Assembly: GCF_963676685.1 (NCBI RefSeq)
Contig: NC_092347.1
Coordinates: 66,650,001-66,714,000 of the forward strand
Reading direction: 5' to 3'
Source of the DNA: Mytilus edulis
Lineage: Eukaryota
Length of the DNA: 64,000 nucleotides
A model generated the notes under the pieces. It did no database searches. It saw only the letters and a program-made list of their open reading frames with translations, and was not told where the DNA came from. This document shows, piece after piece, positions 52,947 to 64,000 of the stretch. The position numbers and the translations under genes were made by a program. Positions within the stretch are counted from its first letter, which is position 1. Each line of letters begins with the position of its first letter.

Positions 52947-53880
52947 TATCAGCTAGACCACACTACAGCTGATGCTGTAAGCTTGCGTGCTACAAAATAG
53001 TCTTAATCGTCAATATAGAACTTGATCCGAACAAATGACCACGAATCAGTATCTTATTAACTGATTAGCATGCATCATTTTAAACTGCATTGAATTTAAC
53101 AAAATTGTGTCGTGAAATTTAAAGAAAAAGCGTGTGCGGATGGATATATTCTTTTCTGTCTGTGTAACTAGGGACTCAATAATCTAAAAATAGACTACCG
53201 GTGTAAACAAGAACACGTGGTAATGTTTTTTAAAAATTCTGTTTTAAATTCACCTTACATTGCTTTTAATTAATTATTATTTTTTATGTCAATAATTTAT
53301 TTGAAAGAGATTGTATATCATCCATAATTATAAGTTTTCACCATTATTTTTTTAACTTGAATAGACTGGACCTGATCAAGGATTTGTATATTGACAAATG
53401 TGTTCAATAAAAAGGCTGTTAATTTTAGACACAAGACGCGTATTTCGTCTACAAAAGACACCTCAGTGAAACTCTAAAGGCTAGATAAAGTTTGTACGAA
53501 GTTGAAAAGCATTGCTGAAGACAAATTACTGAAAAGGTTTAATCTTCCTAGTATTATGGTAGATTTTTAAATGTCTGCTAAGTTTTTATCTTTTGATATC
53601 ATTTTTTCAATTGTAATCGTTACAGCATTTATTGGTTATTTCAAATGACATAGCGTTTATTGGCTATCGTTATATAATACATCGAGGGTAATACGTAGTC
53701 AAGTTAGCCAAGTTGTTGAATTAAGTTGTCACTTTAACTAGTGTAAGCGGAGCCAGAAAAAAAACTGGGCCAAAACTTCTTTTCTAATTTTAACATTAAA
53801 TGCAAAATAACTTAAATTATTAAACCGTTAAAATTTACAATAGTTAGGCCTCTAAATAGCCTACGATTGCCCGGGGCGTT

Positions 53881-53980
53881 NNNNNNNNNNNNNNNNNNNN
53901 NNNNNNNNNNNNNNNNNNNNNNNNNNNNNNNNNNNNNNNNNNNNNNNNNNNNNNNNNNNNNNNNNNNNNNNNNNNNNNNN
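53881..53980. other. Assembly gap (100 N)
   Basis: Run of N; true length unknown. Confidence 1.
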
Positions 53981-55882
53981 AGAAAAGTAAACGCATAACA
54001 ATGAATTCATTGAAACGGGAGATAATTTCAAACCATAGCAATACTGAGAGAGAGATTTTTTCACCATCTAGCATCGTTTGGACCAACTAGCTAACACGGA
54101 CTCGCATCAAACTGTGACATTGAGAAATCTTTCGATAAAATTGTGCTTTAAAAAAAAACGTTGACAAGAATCTTCAGACACGCATGAAATTACGATTACT
54201 AGTAGTTATTCTCCGACACCATGCCGGAATTGGCATATCAGTACATTGTACCATCGAGACAATGAGGCAAACTGCCTCACCTGTGTGTTACCAAAACAAA
54301 ATTTATAAAAATATGGCTGAGAGATAAAATTTATAACATGTATGTCATAGTTAGAGTTTAATGTATAAGTTCTCTCCCCTTTACCATTCATTATTCATTA
54401 TTAGGTTATGATTTTGTAAGTTATTTTTGTTTTAATCAGAACCTTTCTTTATTTCGATATTGGAGAGCGGAGCATTACAATTGTTAGTAATATACAGTTT
54501 CATGTTTAAAATAAGTTCTATATCTAAATTTATTTTTTTTCCTTTTTGCTGCAATTAAAAATTCACCTGCACACCCATATTGCTTACTTAAAAAAATGTG
54601 TCAATAAAAATACGAAAAGGTCATTTAATGTTAGAGATTTGACGTTCAAACGAAAAACATTGAAATAAGAAGAAAAAAATTGTCATTTGACAGAGGTAAT
54701 GCATTCTAAAGACTTTTTTAGTTTAATTGTGGCTGATTCATTTCGGTGGACAGTTTTGCAACAACAAACAAGCAAGATAAAACATAAAAAAATCTCATCA
54801 TCTTGGGGTGAGCAAGTTCCCAAAACCCCTGTATATTTTAATCCCTCCTATAGTATACTAGTTCTAATTTACGTTCCTGAATTTCAGCTTTATAGCCATG
54901 CTAAATGCAATAGATTTAAAATTAGGATAACGATTGTTACCGATTAACTATACTATACATAGTAGTTTGAATATTGTGTATTCCTTTCCGAGTAAAAAAA
55001 GAATACTTAAACTGCATACAGACGAAGGGCTAAGAAACTTTTTGGCAACAACAGCAAATCCTTTTGACCAAGGTTTGCTATATCAACTTTCTGTTATAAA
55101 GTTATAAGCATCCTCTTGCAATTAAAATTATTTTCAAACACTTACATCATGGTCTTTTCAAAAGAAAAAAAAACTTAACACGGTTACTAGATGGTAATTA
55201 TTTTCAATAACTTCGGAAATCAAACAGTTGGAGATTTATTGATGAAGTCTCAATTCCAGTCTTCGGATGTAAAAGCGCATAACAATTGCACGTATATAAA
55301 TTGTTCATATGACATTGAAACATATTACAAACCTTTATCCTGCAATTGGGTGTCCTACTATACAGATACAGCCCTACAGATATCGCTATGCTGTATCTGT
55401 ATACTATACAGATATCGCTTTAAAGCTCCGCCCACTGCCGGACTGAGTATTGTTTGAACCTGTGTGACCTCAGAATGTGTATTCCAGTTGCATTCCAATG
55501 ACGATGACAATTGTCGATTTCAAAACTTGAATGTGTATGATTGTGTTACAAAATCAACCATGTCAATTTCAGCATGCATGTTTAGTGAATGTCAAGTCTG
55601 AAGCGTAGAACAACTCGTACACTTCTGTTTCAAATTTGACAATGTTTTGTTATTTGTTTTTACTGTTGAAATTAGTTGTTATGTTAAAATAGATAATTAT
55701 TCACCTTGAGCGATGTATTATTGTTGACCATTCGAGATTCTTTTTTGCGAACCCGTCTTCAGCGTAATGTGTGATTTTGATATTACTACGCGGGCCTCAA
55801 GGGATTACAAATCGAAAATAAATGCTAAATATGTTAGTTTTTGTGTCTTTCAAAACACAAACAATATACAGAATTAATTGCA

Positions 55883-56047
55883 GGATAAAGACAATAACTG
55901 TTTAGTGTCTTTAAATATCAGCTGTATTTGTACTCGGCTCGAAACAGGTGTAGTAGCTCGCTAAAAGCTCGCATACACCTTGTTTCCTAGCCTCGTACAA
56001 ATACAGCTGATATTTAAAGACACTAAACAGTTATTGTCTATTTATCC
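55883..56047. repeat. Long palindromic element (45-bp perfect arms, further imperfect pairing inside)
   Basis: agacaataactgtttagtgtctttaaatatcagctgtatttgtac / exact reverse complement; loop gctcgctaaaagctcgc. Confidence 0.92.
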
Positions 56048-56336
56048 AAAGTAACCTGGATATTTCTGACATACCTATAGTTATCAGAAAAGTAATTTGA
56101 ACCGTTGATATAATTATCCACAAGGTGTTTTCGTCGATGGGTAGTGCCAATTTCCGTGCGTTTGTTCCTCCAGCATAGTCAAAAACTGATTTTTTTCTGG
56201 ATCTTCAAGCCTTAGTTTCATGATTTGTTGCATTGAACTTGCTTCAATAATTGCGAGTTTACTCAGATATATGTGTTGTGTCTTTTGTGTATTTGTTAGT
56301 TTTGTTTTACATGTGCTGTCATTCGATATGATTAAA

Positions 56337-58015
56337 CATAGGCGGATCCAAGAGAGGGAGAGCTGTGTGACCCGGGCCCCCTTTCGTGGGAAAAAAATGG
56401 TTGATTATATGGGTCATTTTCAAAAAATGTCGAATTTTGAAATTGAAAAAATTATTAAAAGTTACTTATTCAAACAACCCTCTACATAAGCAAATCAAAA
56501 CAAACAGTACTTTAAGAACAACATATTAAAAGATGCAATCTTAATGATGTCATACAAAAATATGTTGAAACATGTTTTGATCGGTGGTACATTATTTTGT
56601 CTATCCTGTTACCATTTTCAAAAGAAATTTTGGGTTATTAAGAAAAGGTTTAGATAAAATGTTAAGCTTGTTTTACGTAGACAATTAGATGGTTTTCAAG
56701 AGAATAAACTTCTATATATATTCATTCTGTAATATAATAGATTATTTGCCAATTTAACAGGTTGTACTGAAAAATGCCTCTAAAAATTGGTTTTCAAAGG
56801 TTGTAAAAATTACCACCAGTAATGCAAGTCTAAGATAGCAATTAATATTGTTCGGCATTTTTTCACCCTTTCAAATAAACCCAACATCAAGTAAATCCCT
56901 CATAAGTTAGTTTACTTTTCTCTATATTTCATTGGTAACAGGAACGTACGTTTCTGATATACTACTATATAAAAGTCTATCCTGTTACCTTTTTGTCTAT
57001 CCTGTTACCGATATCAGTATGGCACCTGCGAATGCTTAATTGGGAAGATTAATACGTTATAACCTTAAGATGACTTCAAACAACAAAATATTTCATTCGT
57101 TTTGCACCTATATGTTAAGATAAAAAAATTAACGACGTTTTTGTCTACAATTGTCTATCCTGTTACTGTAACCATAGCAACCATAGTAACAGGATAGACA
57201 TAACAGGATAGACAAATTTCTTCGTTTTTGATTGCTGTTGTGAAATAACTACTCCCTTTGGTGAAGTGATTATGTTTTTCTATTGTGAATTTGGTTTCCA
57301 ACACGTTATTGCACTTTTTACAAGTATACTGTTGGTGTATTTAATCAAAATTGGTGGTAACAGCATAGACATGAAAAAAAGTACGCTATATTTTTTTCAC
57401 TAAATGTCTTGAAATTTCTTTTCTCTACACTTTCGTTCAAGAAACGAGGCGTTTTAAATGTAAAGATTACTTTGCTCTTTTGAGATCAACACTGACTGAT
57501 TCAATATTCATAGGGAGAATAATTTCACGGCTGATTTAAGTAGCGGTAACAGGAAAGACATGAACCTCCTGTACGCAGATTCAATTTAGTTTGTAGATAA
57601 TATGATATAGAAGCTACGATTTTTCGTTAGAGTAATATTAAACGTTCTTAATAAGTCCCTTTTGCAGATATCAAGGCGATCAGAAAATTGCAAAAAAATC
57701 ATTTGAAATGTGTTTTTCTGACACTGTACGCAGACAAATACCCCCAAAATGGGTCTTAAATGCAGTTTAATCTTATCAAAATAGATGTAAGGTGTGTTTA
57801 TTATTAATGTTCTGAATCACAAATCCGACAAGCTTTCATTTAAACCATTACAACTGAAATTTCCATTAGAAATAAAAAAGTTAGCATGGGTGTACTGAAA
57901 ATTCGACATTTTTTGAAAACGACCCATATAGGGAATCACTGTAGCATGACTGGAGGGGCGCTCCCCTTATGTCAGTCAGCGCCCCCTTTTATGAAAAGTT
58001 CTGGATCCGGCGCTG
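56337..58015. mobile_element. GGCGGATCC-family MITE (TSD ttaaa) split by a nested insertion
   Basis: cataggcggatcca ... ctggatccggcgctg; the halves rejoin as ggttgattatatagggaatcact, matching uninterrupted copies near 48143 and 52288. Confidence 0.82.
56411..57925. mobile_element. Non-autonomous TIR transposon, 1515 bp (ATAT TSD, GGG termini; Sola-like by inference)
   Basis: 28-bp TIR gggtcattttcaaaaaatgtcgaatttt / aaaattcgacattttttgaaaacgaccc; internal gtctatcctgttac repeats in mirror orientation. Confidence 0.85.
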
Positions 58016-61000
58016 TTAAAGCCTTTTCAATCAAATGTTATAGTTATTTTTATGGTGAATAATTACACCGCTGTCACAGGTAAAAAAAAAAAGGGTATGG
58101 TGAGTGGAGGGATGTGAAGGGGTTGCGCCAGCAATCATGTTTAAAAACCTTTTTATTATCTTAATTTAATAAAGAATTGTATGTTAACAGATGTCCGTTT
58201 ATATTTATCACAGTGAATTCAAACAGGAAAGACTTGAAATTGAACATTTTTTGTCCAACCACCGTACTTTTAAAATACGGTCACATTTTACAATTTATAC
58301 TTGCAAAACACCATAATTAGCATAGGGATTAGCTTGAACATTGATATATTGTTTATTGAGCTAACGTGACATCAAATATGTTGACTTAAGGACCTATCCA
58401 GGCAATTGTGACTTGGTCGATTGCCCTTAATATTAGTACAATGTTGTAAATCTTGTAAAAGTTCATTTCAAGTGGACAATTTTAAGAGTATTGAAAAGGT
58501 CAAAAAAATTATGGGTGAATAATTACGGACATGTACATAATTTAATTACAGTACTGGATAATAAAATTATATGCGACAACATCCTTCAACAACGCGTTGT
58601 TCTGGTCATCGAGCGAAGATAATCAAATTTATTTAATGCAACAATTTGATTAATTCAACTAACTTTGTCATGTACAGGTCTCATATAGAAAATGGCGTTC
58701 TATCTAGCAAGGATCGTTAGTTAATCCACAAAAATGTGTCGAGATATTTACAATGTTTACCAATGTGGGATTCATTTTCAGGAAATAACTGCTTGATTGA
58801 ATTTCATTTCTTTACACAATTCATCGTTTCCATATTAATTATGATGGAGTAACGTTGACTGTTTCGCTATTTGTTGACATTGGTCTTTAGATGACTTGGC
58901 TCTTCTTTACAGATTCTAATAACAGATCGGTAATCATTGAATATCATAATTGATTTGTGGATAATATTCTTGGAAGTACACCCCAGAGTGTTGTGACTGA
59001 TATTCATTTTAGGTAGAGGAAATTAAGTACTTTCAGGTATCTTTGTAATTTATCGAAAGTAAATAAATCACCAACCTGCTTCTATTATACTTACGATAAT
59101 GTACTAATATCAACCACTAATGCAACTAGTGGATGACAAACCTTGTCAATAGTGTAGTTGGAAAATAAAAAAATAAAAATGGGAAAAGAATTTTTTGAAA
59201 ATACTAGTGTGTTTACTTTTCTGTCGGAATTTGATCAAGTATGGCCTGGTAAGTACTTTAAGAATTAATAAAGTTTAGCCATAAGAAAGAGACTTAACAA
59301 CTATAATATCATACTGCTTATAGTCATGTTATAGGACAACAATCTCCTCGGTCATCCTCAAAGCTGCGGTAATACTGAAAGTAATGTCTTGCCTGCAGTG
59401 ATGTCTTTTAAATTGTTTGTTTTTATTTTGTCACATACGAGAAAATAACATAAAAAAGAATTACCCATTGAGCCATTGTTTTTTTTTAATATTGAAATAG
59501 TATATTAATCCGGTAGATGCACTGCATAATTGCATTTTATATTCATGTACGTGTACCACAATTTAAAATGATTTAGTTTATTATAAATTACAATTACTTT
59601 TTTTTAAAGTCTAAAATTCTTATACACAACATGTATAAACTCAATACTAAAAGTTAACAATTTTTTTTTTATAATGGAACACTGCTTATATTTCTTTTCT
59701 GTTCGAGATGGCCATTTTAATAGTAATATAAATAATGTTTTGATCAATAGAAATTGACATAAATTTTAAGCTATCTAAAAGAAAGCAGGATATTGCTTAC
59801 ATGTGATAGGCTTTCAAATCAGAAAAATACTAAAACCTGACCCTGTAAACTAAACCTGACCCTGAAAACAACAAAAATGACCACACAAATTACGCTTATC
59901 AGTAATTAAGGTTTAATCGGGGATTTTAGCATATATCCACTTGAGAGTACGTGTTTGAAAATACTTTTACTTATCTTTCTATTAGCTTTCTTTATTGTCA
60001 CATTTCACGATCTAATTGTATGCAGATAATGCCTATAGGAACACTTGTTGTCTATGATATCCGCGTCATATCGTTATGATTTTGCAATTTAGTTATAAAA
60101 ACAATAGAACTGGATGCATTTACTATAATTATCATGGACAGAATATATGATACAAAGCCTTTGATCTACCGAGTATCTTATGTTTATTCTGGCATGTAAT
60201 TTAAGTGATCATCAGATGTATTATATATTTTTGTAATGAACATATTGTGTGATTTTTTTTTTCTTCATAATTCGTAATGTTTGAACAGATTTGAAGTGTT
60301 CGTTGTGCGTAAAACCTTCTTTATCGGTGCAGATACATGCGCCTTTTCTTTGAATTTGTCTGTTTCGTTAATTTTTCCGGATAACTGCCCTTTTCCGTAT
60401 TTGTTTGTTTGATATACCATTGAATTTACTCATGATCCGACTGCTACCCATAATACCTGCCCCTTTGCCTTTTTTCCCATTCAACTTCCCTTTTCCTTAT
60501 TTGTTTGTTCGGTACCTTTGAATTATCCGACTGATACCCGCCCCTTTGCCTTTTTTCCCCCCATTCATCTTTCCTTGTTTGTTTGTCCGGATACGAGCTC
60601 CAGTTGTATGAATATGTCCAACCCCGTTAAAACCCAGGAAAATAAAAGAATGTACATGCGTACAGTTTTTTGTATGTTATTCAAAGTTTAAAGTCATGTA
60701 GCCAGTATAACCAAAATGTTTCTATTTCACAATTTTTGTATATCAAGAATACAACAAAAACCAGTTCCCTCATTGTAAACATTTCGGCACATCATTAGCT
60801 CAGCATTTAACAACATCAAACGAATATTTATTATCTTTGTATGAGTTATTTCTTTTATCTGCTACTGTTCTATTAATTTTGTAATGGCTAATATATTTTC
60901 TGTTTAATTTGTCTGTTAATTTTAACTGTGTTTTAAGATGATACAATTAACAACGAAACTACCTAATATACAAAATGTAACTTAAATGTGCATGTCCATC

Positions 61001-61598
61001 AAAGATATCAGTTTTATAATTTTATACAACATACGGAATGCATTTTTCTTCTATACCTCTAGCTGTCACTAACTAGTGATGCTTAAAACATCTTCTAACA
61101 GTTGGATATGAACTGCATGGAAGAGCATTGAAAACCAAATACATCACAAAGTTGGGTCAATAATGTCATCTTTGTAAGAGCGTTTCGAATAATTCAACGT
61201 TTTGATACACCGTAAATTTACAGAAAATGGTTCAAACACCAGAGTACCACACTAATGTAAAAAAAAATATCATCCAGTCGTACCATTGACCTTTTGGTTG
61301 TAAAAACTAACTAGGGAAATATTAAAAAGCTTATTCATTTGGTAGATATAGGAAGATGTGATGTGAGTGCCAATGAGACAACTCTCCATCAAAATAACAA
61401 TTTTAAATTGTAAACCATTATAGGTCAATGTACGGCCTTCAACACGGAGCCATGGCTCACACCGAATGCGTATTTCATCTGCATAAGACTCGTGCATCAG
61501 TGGCTGTCGCATCAAACAGTTCGAGGGTCAAATTAATTACGATGTTGAAGAGCATACGTTTGAATGATATATGCCATAGCAGCATATTTGCATTATTT

Positions 61599-61871
61599 AT
61601 AGATTATCGTTGATCATCTCAACGAGATTGATTTTCTCGCTTGAGCTGGTACAGCGAAAGTGAGAAAAGCAATCGAGTTGAGATGACCAATGATAATCTA
61701 TTTATCGCTATTTTACCTATGACGACGTTGTCAATTTCATGTCAATTTCGTTAGCAACTCCACGTGGCCTCCTTAGTTTCTACCGATAATTTTTCCATCT
61801 CAAGCGAGAAGCTTGATATGAAAATTATCACAAAAAAAGATCAAAAGAAAAAGGCACAAAATAGCGATAAA
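61599..61871. repeat. Double-hairpin palindromic element
   Basis: atagattatcgttgatcatctcaac...gttgagatgaccaatgataatctat (61599-61701), followed by tttatcgctatttt / aaaatagcgataaa (61701-61871). Confidence 0.8.
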
Positions 61872-62781
61872 GTTGATTATCATTTTTCTTTGAACCTTTT
61901 CCTAGAAATTTACCAAAGAACGGCACCCAACAAAAAATTTCAGAGTACATAACAATAGCAAAAAAAATATCAGTGCCTGAGGGGTATGTTTATATGCATG
62001 CCAAGAAATTACCTCCGCTGAATTTTTGCAAACATCCCATAGAGCAAATCACATAAATGGTATATGGTCGTGTTCTGAGCGACACGTATCACTATGCAGG
62101 CCATAAATAAGTTTGTTGAATGAAATCAAATCTTCAACTACTCACTGGGGTAAAGCTGATGACCGTATCTGCATTCACGGTCATCCCAAGATGTCGGATG
62201 AAAAATTAGGTCAGTTTCAGTATTGTCTGTTAAAGTGTTTCTATATCATTTTCTTTACAAATCATACATTGAAACGATGTAAATTTATAAAAGAATCACT
62301 CGAAAATCACTAATTACTTCCGAGAAATGTGCATGAAACGGGAAATTTGATTTGAAAAAATCGTTAAGATGACCGTAAATCATAATCAAAATATTTTCAA
62401 GATGACCGTAACATAAAACAAGGATGACCGTGATTGGTAAAAAGATGACCGTAACTTGTAATGGATGACCGTAATTTGTAAAGACTGACTGTAATTTATA
62501 TAGGACGACCGTAACTTTTATAGGATGACCATCAATTCTAAGAAATATCCGTATTGTATTCAAAGCTTTTTTGTTGAGTTTGTCGATCTCAATACGGGCT
62601 CGGTTAGCGGATATAAATATGTTTCATAAATTTCTTTTTTTAAACTATAATATAATTGGCCATATTTAGGATTTATAACAATGATAGTAAATTGCATATT
62701 TCTCGTAAACAATGAAATATTTATTGATATCGACGTTAAAATTTTAACACAAATTGACAGCGATACGACGAAAATTTGAAG

Positions 62782-63030
62782 AAACATGAATGTGTCCCTA
62801 GTACACGGATACCTCATCTACACTATCATTTTCTATGTTTAGTGGACTATGAAAATGGGATAAAACTGTAATTTGGCATTAGAATTAAAAAGATCATACC
62901 ATAGGGAAAAAGTGTACTAAGTTTCAATTTTATTTAACTTGAAGCTGGACAAACGGACAAACAAACAGACGAACAGACGAACGTACGCACAGACCAGAAA
63001 AACATAATGCCAATAAACGGAGCATTAAAA
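62782..63030 (-). mobile_element. Second, more decayed copy of the 27119-27460 family
   Basis: Shared tgtgtcc..gtacacggat, cactatcattttctatg, cagaccagaaaaacataatgcc. Confidence 0.78.
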
Positions 63031-64000
63031 ACATTAATAATACATACGAATGTTTGGTAATCGAGCCCATGTGTATGGTTCCAGAGGAAGCAGATTAAAA
63101 TCTTAATTTGTCTTGATATATGCAGGCGGAAACACTTTTGAAATAGAACAAAAGAATCGAAGCTCTGTGTTTATCGAGAAAGCGATACATGTTAACTGTA
63201 ATGTTTGATATAGTAACAAAATTTTAAAAAGTTAATAGAAACAAATAAAACGACAATTTTCTTATTTTAAAAACACCATTTGCATAAGTTTTCAATGTAT
63301 CTATTACATAGTAATTCAAAACAATAAGATATCAAGTCGACGACATGGTTCTTATCGGGGCGTTTTATAGCTGACTATGCGGTATGGGCTTTGCTCATTC
63401 TTGAAGGCCTTACGGTTACCTATAGTTGTTAATGTTTGTGTCATTTTGGTCTTTTCTGGATAATTGTCTCATTGGCAATAATACCACATCTTCTTTTTTA
63501 TACATAGTATCTATAAGTTGGATGTAGAAAATGCATAACCTCCGATTCTTTTATCACGGACGGAGAACATACCATTCTTTAGTTCAGAAATTTTCGTGTC
63601 TGCCCTTCCATTATGTGAATCAAGAAAAAATTCCCCAAAACAGGAAACGATTGTATCGAAAAGAGAAAAATCGAGTGCACCTTTTTAAATTAAGGCATGT
63701 TTGGGGTGTATATTTTGTCTTCAAAACGTACAAAGCAAGAGTATTTTATATAGCATCTCGCTTCAGATTCTATCATTATTATATATCAAAGCTACAGGTT
63801 GACTTTATAACGTAAAAAAATGACAGTACGAAAAGATGAAATATATGGTAAAGTGAGATACCTATCTAATGAATCACAAAAACAGAGTAGGTGTGTTCGA
63901 ATAGCTATTTTTTCTAAAAGTACTTGACGACAGTCTTTTAATTTGGATGATGAAAAATGGATATCTTCGAAAAAATATGATTTTCTTGTGTGTGATAACT

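Noticed and set aside
53165-53220. X-box-like gtaactagggac and E-box cacgtg upstream of the BTBD16 ATG
   Set aside because: Short or imperfect matches expected by chance; TSS unknown.
53844-54086. ORFs containing X runs
   Set aside because: Artefact of the 100-N gap.
958-63815. Remaining 60-120 aa ORFs in the track
   Set aside because: Composition (I/F/L/K/Y-rich) typical of random AT-rich DNA or repeat interiors; no recognisable domain or splice-consistent partners.

Overview
AT-rich eukaryotic (animal) DNA; the repeat repertoire points to a bivalve mollusc, most likely Mytilus (inference). There is one 100-N assembly gap (53881-53980). The only protein gene I can support is an 18-exon minus-strand BTBD16 orthologue (ATG 52946 to TGA 18914; 2001-nt CDS, 666 aa), assembled by hand with GT-AG junctions and consistent phase at all 17 introns. 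Most entries in the ORF track are spurious or are exon read-throughs. The rest is a dense mobile-element landscape: (i) a family of ~366-369-nt tandem units carrying type I hammerhead ribozymes (non-LTR retrozyme / Penelope-associated), with about ten intact or decayed copies, one inverted pair and one array interrupted by a MITE; (ii) an unrelated ultra-minimal hammerhead in intron 2; (iii) several Helentron-type non-autonomous elements (HINE/pearl-like) carrying different satellite cores; (iv) TIR elements, including CA...TG elements with 5-bp TSDs and a nested 1.5-kb insertion; (v) a tRNA-derived V-domain-like SINE, long palindromic elements and decayed Penelope-like RT fragments.
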